64,000 nt of DNA from an uncultured delta proteobacterium (GTDB lineage: Bacteria; Desulfobacterota; Binatia; UBA9968). A program made the position numbers and the translations under genes. The notes beneath the pieces were generated by a model, which searched no databases, had not been told where the DNA came from, and saw only the letters and a program-made list of their open reading frames with translations. Positions 1 to 8,000 of the stretch are shown one piece after another. The stretch is from contig CAWFJP010000005.1 of the NCBI GenBank assembly GCA_963816145.1, positions 347,109 to 411,108 on the forward strand. Direction: 5' to 3'. How positions within the stretch are numbered: the stretch's first letter is position 1; the number at the start of each line of letters is the position of its first letter.

Positions 1-30
1 ATACTGATAACACCCAAGGAAGACGCTTAC

Positions 31-1080
31 ATGAAGACATTATTCAGACTCATCGTGTCGTTGATCGTCACCGCTTCCGTTGACGTTTCGGCCCAGGGGG
101 CCAAGCCGTCGACCCTCGCTGATCTCGTTAAATATCGTGGCGCCGATCGGGAGAAGATTCTTTACGAGGGCGCCAAGCGGGAAGGAAGTTTCGTTTGGTA
201 CACCTCCCTGGTGCCGCATAAGGAGATCAGCAAGGTTTTCATGAGCAAGTATCCCGGTGTCAGCATTGATATCTATCGCGCCGACGGGGTGACCCTTGCG
301 AATCGCGCTATGGCCGAGCATCAGGCGCGCCGTCACATTATGGACGCCATCGAAACCACGCCGCCGCCATTGATGCCGCTGCGCGATAACAAGTTGCTGA
401 TGCCGTACTGGTCCCCGCATCTGGCGGCTTATCCCGAAATTGCCAAGGAAAAGGCCGATGGCGATCTGGTGTGGTGGAGCACTGACCGCGAGTCGTTGAT
501 CGGCGTCGGCTACAACAAGAATACATTTCCCGCCGCCGATCTGCCGAAGCGTTTCGACGACCTGCTCAAGCCGGCGTTGAAGGGCAAAATGGGGGTGGCG
601 AACAACGAGACCGGCGCCCGCGCCCTCGGCGGCATCATCAAGGCCAAGGGAGAGGAATTTGTCCGGCGGCTCAAAGATCAAGAAGCGCGCCCGCACGCGA
701 CAAGTGCCGCGGGGTTGGCCGATCTGATCATTCGTGGCGAGGTGCCGATCTCCTTTACCATGGTGCAAACCAATTTGACGCAGCCCGCTGCCACGCGCGG
801 CGCACCGGTGGGCTGGGTGCCGATGGAGGTCGTGCCGGTCAATGCCGGCGGCGCCGCGATTTCGGCCAATGCGGCCCATCCCCATGCGGCATTGTTGTTC
901 ATCGATTTTCTGCTTGGTCCGGAAGGCCAGAAGATGTATGCCGACAAACTTTTCTATACCAGCGCGACGAGAAAAGTCAGCTATGAGAAATGGTATCCCG
1001 ATAAAGGATTGACCACGGCGGAGTACGAAGAACGGGCCGACAAGTGGCTGAAGCTCCTGCGCGAGATTACCCGAAAGTAG
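31..1080 (+). CDS. ABC transporter extracellular solute-binding protein (Fe3+/thiamine-type)
   Basis: Signal peptide; AKREGSFVWYTS and AAHPHAALLFIDFLLGPEGQ motifs; AAGGA RBS. Confidence 0.85.
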   Translation: MKTLFRLIVSLIVTASVDVSAQGAKPSTLADLVKYRGADREKILYEGAKREGSFVWYTSLVPHKEISKVFMSKYPGVSIDIYRADGVTLANRAMAEHQARRHIMDAIETTPPPLMPLRDNKLLMPYWSPHLAAYPEIAKEKADGDLVWWSTDRESLIGVGYNKNTFPAADLPKRFDDLLKPALKGKMGVANNETGARALGGIIKAKGEEFVRRLKDQEARPHATSAAGLADLIIRGEVPISFTMVQTNLTQPAATRGAPVGWVPMEVVPVNAGGAAISANAAHPHAALLFIDFLLGPEGQKMYADKLFYTSATRKVSYEKWYPDKGLTTAEYEERADKWLKLLREITRK

Positions 1081-1328
1081 CTTGCGGGGCGCTTATGTGG
1101 CTCAATTCCCTGTACGAATTCCCCTTATTTAACAGAAGGTTGCCACGACTTCAGAGTCTTTTCTTGAAGACTGCCTAGCTAAAATGGCCGGTTCGACCGG
1201 CATAATATTTTCAAGCCGCCGAAATTCAACGGGAAATACCCCTCGGCGAAGTGAATCCCGCACCCCCTCCCTTTGACGTCTAACTAACGAGTGATAAGCG
1301 TAGCTGCTCCAACTTAGGGGAGGGCATA

Positions 1329-1391
1329 ATGGCTGCAAAAATCGACTGCATGACCTGCCGGAAACGGCCGAGAAAAAAGACGCGGAAATAG
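1329..1391 (+). CDS. Putative 20-aa peptide MAAKIDCMTCRKRPRKKTRK (below ORF-track cutoff)
   Basis: AGGGGAGGG (1316-1324) just before ATG; TTGACG at 1273-1278; terminator downstream; CxxC plus basic tail. Confidence 0.5.
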   Translation: MAAKIDCMTCRKRPRKKTRK

Positions 1392-1451
1392 TGGATTGAT
1401 AATCGAGGATAGAGGATCGAAGATCGAAAAACTCTCCGTTACCAATACCAA

Positions 1452-1497
1452 AAACAAAAAAGGGCCTGCGATAAACAACGCAGGCCCTTTTTTGTTT
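1452..1497. terminator. Bidirectional intrinsic terminator
   Basis: AAACAAAAAAGGGCCTGCG-8 nt loop-CGCAGGCCCTTTTTTGTTT, a perfect 19-bp inverted repeat between convergent units. Confidence 0.9.
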
Positions 1498-1516
1498 AAC
1501 GGGTGATCTTCTCGAT

Positions 1517-2353
1517 TTAGAAGAAAGCCAACGTCCGCATCTCGATGCTTTCGCGCGGCGGCACATTGGGCGGGGCCGTCGGGTCGTCAAAGGCGCAGTG
1601 GGCGGTCCAGCGGGCCCGGCCGTCTTTGAGCGAGTCGTAGCACTTGAACACCATGGCCTCGTTGCGCTGCATGTTGGGAAAGTAGCACCAGCGATGCGCC
1701 GGGTTATGGGTCATGTGGTAGACCTCGCCGCGCCGGTTCGGGTAAATGCGCGCGCTCGGGATCAGTTCACTGGTTCCAATGGACTGGGCGTCGGCGATGG
1801 CGAGATGGTCGTTTTGCACCGGCTGGTTGATCGGCCGCCAGGTTTGCACCACGGCGAAGCGCCGGCTGATGAGTTCTTCGGCTTCATCTGGCAGCAACTC
1901 GCGCACCCGCTGCGGTCCCGACCACTCCGTGTAGTCATTGTGCGCGTTGCGTACCGGGCTGCTTACCTGATTGGCCTCGCGGATGGCGCTGTCCGCGGCG
2001 CGCAACGTGTGATCGAACACCAGCACCCGTTTGGCGCCGGAGATTTGCTTTACCAGTTCCTCGGTTTCGTTGTAATAGATCGAGCGCACTTCATCTTCGT
2101 CGTAGAAATTTTTCACCTGGGTGTCGTGACGGACGAGGACGAACCCCTCGCGCTCCAGTGACAGCCGATCGGCGATGTCCCGGCCATTGTAGATCGGCAT
2201 CTTGAACTCGGCGTACTTGCCCTTGCGCTTTTGGTCCGCTACCTCTTGCCGGACCCCGCCATAGCTCTCGGGTGTTTCGCTAGTATCGACGAGATAGTTC
2301 AAAATCGCTTCAAATGCCGGCGCGGGCTCGTTGATTTGTTCGGCTCGTGACAT
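1517..2353 (-). CDS. CmcJ/NvfI/AsaB-family oxidoreductase
   Basis: LEREGF, VFDHTLR, AHNDYT, WRPI, HRWCYFPNM, AHCAFDDP, RESIEMR motifs; start set at ATG 2353. Confidence 0.85.
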   Translation of the reverse strand: MSRAEQINEPAPAFEAILNYLVDTSETPESYGGVRQEVADQKRKGKYAEFKMPIYNGRDIADRLSLEREGFVLVRHDTQVKNFYDEDEVRSIYYNETEELVKQISGAKRVLVFDHTLRAADSAIREANQVSSPVRNAHNDYTEWSGPQRVRELLPDEAEELISRRFAVVQTWRPINQPVQNDHLAIADAQSIGTSELIPSARIYPNRRGEVYHMTHNPAHRWCYFPNMQRNEAMVFKCYDSLKDGRARWTAHCAFDDPTAPPNVPPRESIEMRTLAFF

Positions 2354-2385
2354 AAGCGGTTTCCTTTGGGGGTAATCGAACAATG

Positions 2386-2472
2386 GTTCACCACGAAGGC
2401 ACGAAGGACACGAAGGTTTCGAACGATCTAACTTCCGAACTTCGCGCTTTTCGTGTCCTTCGTGGTGAACAT
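2386..2472. repeat. Intergenic palindromic element built of CACGAAG units
   Basis: GTTCACCACGAAGGCACGAAGGACACGAAG...TTCGTGTCCTTCGTGGTGAAC; a half copy occurs at 11944-11977. Confidence 0.8.
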
Positions 2473-2500
2473 GTCTTGGTCTTCGTGGCGCTGGCTATTC

Positions 2501-3139
2501 CTACTTCGGCATCATCTCGCAGGGTGTCTGCCTAGGGCCGAGGCTTTCGTAGTAGTCGTTGGTCTCCGGATTGTACCGGCCCTGGTTGAAGTCGCCGCCT
2601 TTTTGACTACGGATGATCACCGCCACGGTGCGTTCGCCGACGGTGAGCTCGGTGTGGATTTCATATGGCTTTACCAGATCGATGTCGCCCGGCCCGCAGA
2701 GCACGTTGCTCGATTCCTTGATCTGGGCAAAGTTGGGCTTGGAGCGGTCGTCGAGCCGGTCGTAGCGCACAACTTTTTCTCGGCCATCAATGACGCCATA
2801 AAGCGTGTAGATATGCGCGTGATCGTGAATCCGCGCCGGCGCGCCCTGGCGCGCTTGGCCTTTGGTCAGGCCGTTGATGGCGAAGCCGTAGTCGGGGTCC
2901 TCGTAGAAAAGCAGGTTCTCGGCGCGGCCGTTGGCGGGCACGCAATCGGGCCAGGTCTTCGAGGCGGCGACCATATCGGGATCGGCCAAGAGTTCGGCTA
3001 AGATCGGCCGCAGGCCATTCCAGCGTTTGTCGAGATCGGCTTCCTTGGCGAACAGCTCGCGGGTCTTTCGGATGAAACGATCTTTAGCATTTTCGCTGCT
3101 CGTTTGTCTCGTCGTGGTGGTTGCAGTTTGGGTTTCCAT
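2501..3139 (-). CDS. Cupin, cysteine dioxygenase-like protein
   Basis: IHDHAH and EIHTE metal-binding His motifs; GGAGGA RBS before ATG 3139. Confidence 0.7.
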   Translation of the reverse strand: METQTATTTTRQTSSENAKDRFIRKTRELFAKEADLDKRWNGLRPILAELLADPDMVAASKTWPDCVPANGRAENLLFYEDPDYGFAINGLTKGQARQGAPARIHDHAHIYTLYGVIDGREKVVRYDRLDDRSKPNFAQIKESSNVLCGPGDIDLVKPYEIHTELTVGERTVAVIIRSQKGGDFNQGRYNPETNDYYESLGPRQTPCEMMPK

Positions 3140-3152
3140 GTTTCCTCCTGGT

Positions 3153-4325
3153 CTAGGGTTGGAGTTGTGGTTGCGGGTTTGAGGTTGAGCTGCTGCGCGA
3201 TTCATATTCCCCCGCACCGTAGAAGCGCGCGCAGTTGTCCCAAAGGATCTTGCGCTTGTCGTCGTCGGAAAGTTTCAACTCAAGAAAGCTCTTGACGGCG
3301 TTGGGATACTTCGAGTCACCATGCGGATAGTCGGTGGAGAATACCAACTGATCGCAACCGAACTCTTCGATCGTGTAGCGTGCCGGCGCTTCATCGGGCT
3401 CGATGGAGATCCAGCATTGGCGTTTGAAATACTCGCTGGGCGGCATCTTCAAATCCGACATGAAGACATCGCCTTCACGCTCGTAGCCTTCGTCCAGCCG
3501 CCATAACAGCCAGGGCAGCCAGGAACAGTTGGCTTCAAGAAAGGCGACGCGCATCTTGGGATGACGTTCCAAAATACCTCCGCCCAAGAAAGCGCCCATG
3601 CCCATCATCTGCTCGAACGGTTGGGCATAAACGCGGCGCAGACCGAAGTTGGGTTCGAAATGTTCCGCCGCCTGGCGCGAGCGCGATGCCGAAGCTTCGT
3701 GGAAGCCCAACGGCAAATTCAATTCTTCGAGCAATTCCCAGAGCGGCTCGTAGTGCGGGTCATACCAGTTCTTGCCGTTGATGATGTTGGAGCGCAGGAA
3801 CACCGAGCGAAAACCATACTCTTCTTTGACCCGGCGGGTTTCGCGCAAAGCATCGTCGAGATCGTAGACCGAGATCATGCCGGCGCCGAGGAGCCGCTCG
3901 GGATCGGCGGAGCAAAAGTCATGCAGCCAATCGTTGTAGGCGCGCGCCATGGCGTCAGCGAAGCGCGGATCTTGGTCGGGGAAGGTGAGTATGCCCAGTC
4001 CGCGAGTCGGGAACAGCACCGCGGTGTCGATGCCTTCGGTGTCCATCGCTTCCAACTGCACGTGACCGGTCCAGCCGCGCTCGGCGTGGCTGCGATAGAT
4101 CTCCTGATTCTTATTGAAGTTGCTGCCGCGGTGCGGTGTGCCACCGGTGCGCCGGGTGTCTTTGGGCACTTTAGGAAAGATCGTGCCGAGATCGCGGACG
4201 TTGTCCGAGGTCCGGCCGCGCGGCGCCTGATCGCGAAATTTGGGATCAATATAGCGCTCCCAAAGATCGGGCGGCTCCATGATATGCATGTCGCTGTCGA
4301 AAACTTTGAATCCATTTTTCGCCAT
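3153..4325 (-). CDS. Amidohydrolase family 2 protein
   Basis: DSDMHIMEP, AYNDWL, GFHE, FLEANCSWLP, FSTDYPH, ILWDNCARFY. Confidence 0.9.
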   Translation of the reverse strand: MAKNGFKVFDSDMHIMEPPDLWERYIDPKFRDQAPRGRTSDNVRDLGTIFPKVPKDTRRTGGTPHRGSNFNKNQEIYRSHAERGWTGHVQLEAMDTEGIDTAVLFPTRGLGILTFPDQDPRFADAMARAYNDWLHDFCSADPERLLGAGMISVYDLDDALRETRRVKEEYGFRSVFLRSNIINGKNWYDPHYEPLWELLEELNLPLGFHEASASRSRQAAEHFEPNFGLRRVYAQPFEQMMGMGAFLGGGILERHPKMRVAFLEANCSWLPWLLWRLDEGYEREGDVFMSDLKMPPSEYFKRQCWISIEPDEAPARYTIEEFGCDQLVFSTDYPHGDSKYPNAVKSFLELKLSDDDKRKILWDNCARFYGAGEYESRSSSTSNPQPQLQP

Positions 4326-4518
4326 GGTTCCCCCTTTGATTTGCCGAGCGTAATGCCGAGTTAGGGGAGATGTCAAGCAATGTTTACTTTGAGTTGTCGG
4401 CGGGTTGGATCGCCGCTCCAGCGCGCAGATTCGGCGGAGATTTCTCGCTGCCCTCGAAATGACTATTGATGATGAATTGACCATGTCACAGTTTGCGGTC
4501 TTTCAAGTGTCGCTAACG

Positions 4519-5394
4519 TCACGGCATGTTAACGCCGGTAGGAGCGAAGTACTCTGAGCCCGTTGTGCGGGATGCACCCCATGGCAGTTCGAGCTGGTTG
4601 CCCTCAGGAAAGAGAACTTGCGCCGTCCCTTCAATGCGCTCGCCACGCACTTTGCCGCTGAATTCATGACGGGTTAGGCCGATGCCTTCCAACGTCATGA
4701 CGAGGTTGAACGAGATGTTCTCGCCGTTGAGCTTCATGTCGCTCAGCACTTCACGGTTGGCGCCGGCGCGGACGACGCCTTCGGCGCTTTGGAATTGCTG
4801 TTCCAACACCGCGGCGTAGGCGATGCGCTGGCCGGCGAGGTTAAACTCCCAGCTCCAGTTGCCGGCAATGCGCGCCGGCACGATCCAGAGGTAGCTGGTC
4901 GGGCTGCCGCTGTCAGTGGCGTCGGCGGGCCAGGTGCCGAGATCCCAGGTGCTGGTTAAGACGCGCGTGCCAGGGCGCGCGCGTTCGAGAATGATCGGTC
5001 TTAGCAGCCGCAAGAGTTCCGGAAATAGCCACATGGTGACTACCGTAGCCTCGCGGAGGTCGGCGTCGAAGGCGTTCTGATGAATAAACTTGACGCGGTC
5101 AGCGACGCCCTGGGCCATGGCGATGCCATTGGATTCGGCGATCAGCTTCGCGTCGATATCGACGCCCCAGCCGCGCACTTTCGCATTCATTTTCGCCGCG
5201 GTGAGGACAATGAGTCCATCGCCCGAGCCGAGGTCCGCCACCACGTCGTCGTCGCGCAGGTTGGCGAGCTTGAGCATGCGCTCGGCACTTTCGGGCGTGC
5301 TCGCTTGGAAGAACGAAAAGCGCTCTTGGGCCGGCGCGCCGGCGGCGGCACAAAGCATGATGCCGAAAATCAGTTTGCGGGTTAATTCAATCAT
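4519..5394 (-). CDS. Class I SAM-dependent methyltransferase with signal-peptide-like N-terminus and beta-rich C-terminal domain
   Basis: DLGSGDG, GVDID, ADLREATVVTMWL motifs. Confidence 0.8.
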   Translation of the reverse strand: MIELTRKLIFGIMLCAAAGAPAQERFSFFQASTPESAERMLKLANLRDDDVVADLGSGDGLIVLTAAKMNAKVRGWGVDIDAKLIAESNGIAMAQGVADRVKFIHQNAFDADLREATVVTMWLFPELLRLLRPIILERARPGTRVLTSTWDLGTWPADATDSGSPTSYLWIVPARIAGNWSWEFNLAGQRIAYAAVLEQQFQSAEGVVRAGANREVLSDMKLNGENISFNLVMTLEGIGLTRHEFSGKVRGERIEGTAQVLFPEGNQLELPWGASRTTGSEYFAPTGVNMP

Positions 5395-5415
5395 GCATTC
5401 TCCGTTGCTATTCTC

Positions 5416-5476
5416 GTACGGGCGACCCCCCCGTGGTCACCATCTCCGGCGGACAGGCACGGGGGCCGGCCCCTCC
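5416..5476. repeat. Degenerate REP-like pair
   Basis: GTACGGGCGACCCCCCCGTGGTCACC...GGACAGGCACGGGGGCCGGCCCCTCC, resembling GTAG-type REP doublets. Confidence 0.5.
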
Positions 5477-5595
5477 GCGGAATAGTTATTGAATTTACAA
5501 ACAAGCACGCCCTTTCTCTGCGGTCAATTGACAAGCGCTCTTTGCCCAATTACATCTCGTACAGTCGAGGGATATCTAACGGAATGCCGGGAGCT

Positions 5596-6582
5596 ATGAG
5601 CATGACTGTTCGAACATTGGTCGGTATCGCCATTCTGGTTTTGCTCAGTTCGGTCGACCTGAGCGCGCAAAGCCGCAAGGTGCGGGTGGCGATGCCGGGC
5701 TACACCATCGCCGGGATTTCATTTCTTACCGCGAAGGTCAACGGCTACTACGCCGCCGAGGGCTTGGATGTGGAGCTGATCGCCATGCGCGCGCCGACGG
5801 CGAATCTCGCCGTGCTGAGCAGCAGCGTGGAGTTCTCCACGGTGCCTTTGGCTGGATTGAATACGGCGCTGCGCGGCGGCGCATTGAAGATCGTCATGGT
5901 CCACTTCGACAAGCCGCAGCATGTGTTGTTTGTCAAGAATGACCTGCAAAATCTAAAACTCTTGCGCGGCAAAAAAGTCGCCGTGTCCGGGCCGGGAGTG
6001 ATCGACGACTTGCTGTTGCGTGAAGTGCTGGGAAATAACGGCATCGATGCCAACAAAGAGCTGGCTATTCTCAGCATGGGTTCGGCGGATACCCGGGTGA
6101 CCAGCTTGATCAGTGGCGCGGTGGACGGAGCGATGATCATCGCTCCGCATACTTTTACCGCCAAGGACGCGGGCTTTCGCGAATTGGTGGTGTTTCGCGA
6201 CCAGGGTTTGCTCTTGCCGAGCGGCGGTATCGCGGCACGGGACGAAACACTGAAAAACGATCCGGGTTTGGTGGAGCGCTTCACGCGCGCGTCGATGATG
6301 GGGTTCATCCACTCGCGCGATAACCGCGCCGGCGCGATCCGGGTTCTTAGCAAGACGTTAAGGATCGACGAGACGATCGCCGCGAAAGTATACGATTCGT
6401 CGCGACCGACGATGACGGCCGACGGCACGCTCAGTGACGATGCACAAAAGAAAATGGCTGCTTTTGTCGCTAAGTCTGCCGGCCTTAAAGAAATCATAGC
6501 GGCGGACAAGGCCTTCGATTTCTCGTTTGTACGCAAGGCTAACGCTGCGTTGCACACCAAAGGCTGGCAGCCGCTGCCGTGA
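5596..6582 (+). CDS. ABC substrate-binding protein, NMT1/THI5/SsuA-like
   Basis: Signal peptide; GYYAAEGLDVEL, LRGKKVAV, FDFSFV motifs; GGGAG RBS. Confidence 0.85.
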   Translation: MSMTVRTLVGIAILVLLSSVDLSAQSRKVRVAMPGYTIAGISFLTAKVNGYYAAEGLDVELIAMRAPTANLAVLSSSVEFSTVPLAGLNTALRGGALKIVMVHFDKPQHVLFVKNDLQNLKLLRGKKVAVSGPGVIDDLLLREVLGNNGIDANKELAILSMGSADTRVTSLISGAVDGAMIIAPHTFTAKDAGFRELVVFRDQGLLLPSGGIAARDETLKNDPGLVERFTRASMMGFIHSRDNRAGAIRVLSKTLRIDETIAAKVYDSSRPTMTADGTLSDDAQKKMAAFVAKSAGLKEIIAADKAFDFSFVRKANAALHTKGWQPLP

Positions 6583-6583
6583 A

Positions 6584-6613
6584 TTGACAACAGCGCTCCA
6601 GCGGCACTAAGGT
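6584..6613 (+). promoter_or_regulatory. Sigma70-like promoter for the reductase gene pair
   Basis: TTGACA-18 nt-TAAGGT just upstream of ATG 6632. Confidence 0.5.
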
Positions 6614-6631
6614 CTTCTGTGAAAGAGCATT

Positions 6632-7906
6632 ATGCAACTGACACTGGCCTATCACCCGGTTAGCTCGATTCGCTTCGGCGCTAAATTGAATTTGGACGGC
6701 ACGGTGCTGACGGTTAGCCAAGACGAATTGCGCGCCATTGTTCTCGAAGACTCGCTGATCGAAGCGGTGGACTTCGCCCTCGCCGCGCCCAACGACAGCC
6801 TGCGCGCCGGGCCGGTGTTCGATATCGTCGAGCCGCGCGCCAAGGCGGCGGTCGGCAGCCCGGACTGGCCGGGGATTCTCGGTGCGCCGCAGACCGCCGG
6901 CAGCGGCACTACGCATGTGCTGTCCGGTGCGGCAGTGACCATGCTGCGTGAGGACTCTTCCGGTGATTCGCGCGGCGCCACTGGTTACGTCCTCGAAATG
7001 AGCGGCGCGCCGGCGGCGGGCTCGCATTACGGCACGCTGCGGCATTTGATCGTCGTACCGCGTACTCGGCCGAATATTCCGGCGGCCGCGCGTCAGCGCG
7101 CTTACCGTTTAGCGCAATTGAAAATGGCTGTGCGACTGGCACAGGCGGCTTTTTCTGTCGTACCGGCGCGATCCGAAGTCCTCGATAACGCGGATGCCGA
7201 GCCGCGCGCCGGCTTGCCGCGGCTGGCTTACATTGGTCAAATCTTTTCACGTCAGCGCAAACCGGAAGCCGATGAGCATATACTTTACGGCACTGACACC
7301 GACGGCATGCTGCCGACCCTCCTCCATCCCAACGAGTGGCTCGACGGCGCGTTGGTGCCGTCGTACCACGCGTCAATCGGTGGCGCAGAAACCTATTTTT
7401 ATCAAAATCATCCAGTGATTCTCGAACTCTACCGGCGCCATCGCGCGGGTGAAATAAATTTCATCGGCTCGGTGGCGACGATAGCCTCGGCCAATAATTT
7501 CGACCGCGAACGCAACACGCGCTTTGCGGCCAATCTTACTAAATGGGCACTGCGCGCTGATGCCGCAGTGCTGACCAAGTTCGGCGGCGGCGTGCCGCAC
7601 ACGGATTTGTCGGAGACCGCGCGCGTACTCGAAACCATGGGTGTCAAGACCGCCGTGCAGGTTACGGATCTCGCGCGCGACCACCGGATCGAGTCGGCGC
7701 TATTGTTCAACTTCCCCGAGGTCGACGCCATCGTCTGCATCGGCGGCAACGACACCCACTGGAAGCTGCCGCAGGTCGAGCGCGTGATCGCGGCCAGCAG
7801 CGGCCTGGCGGAGTTGCTCGCCGGCCCGTTGGAGATCGACTCGCTCAATGTGATCGGCGTCGCCAACCAGCAAGGGGCGTCGCGATTGAAGTCGGTGGTG
7901 TATTAA
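6632..7906 (+). CDS. Glycine/sarcosine/betaine reductase component B proprotein-like subunit (GrdE/GrdG/GrdI family)
   Basis: DIVEPRAK, GSGTTHVLSG, PTLLHPNEWLDGAL, TYFYQNHPVILELY motifs; adjacent to a selenoprotein B homolog. Confidence 0.85.
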   Translation: MQLTLAYHPVSSIRFGAKLNLDGTVLTVSQDELRAIVLEDSLIEAVDFALAAPNDSLRAGPVFDIVEPRAKAAVGSPDWPGILGAPQTAGSGTTHVLSGAAVTMLREDSSGDSRGATGYVLEMSGAPAAGSHYGTLRHLIVVPRTRPNIPAAARQRAYRLAQLKMAVRLAQAAFSVVPARSEVLDNADAEPRAGLPRLAYIGQIFSRQRKPEADEHILYGTDTDGMLPTLLHPNEWLDGALVPSYHASIGGAETYFYQNHPVILELYRRHRAGEINFIGSVATIASANNFDRERNTRFAANLTKWALRADAAVLTKFGGGVPHTDLSETARVLETMGVKTAVQVTDLARDHRIESALLFNFPEVDAIVCIGGNDTHWKLPQVERVIAASSGLAELLAGPLEIDSLNVIGVANQQGASRLKSVVY

Positions 7907-7917
7907 GAGGGCGTGAG

Positions 7918-7983
7918 GCCTGAGACGCGAGGCTTGAGTAAATCCGGAATCCGAACTCATGTCTCAAGCCTCGCGCCTCAGGC
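7918..7983. repeat. 21-bp inverted repeat (1 mismatch, 24-nt loop) between the two reductase genes
   Basis: GCCTGAGACGCGAGGCTTGAG / CTCAAGCCTCGCGCCTCAGGC. Confidence 0.85.
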
Positions 7984-8000
7984 GTACTTAGGAGTTTGTC

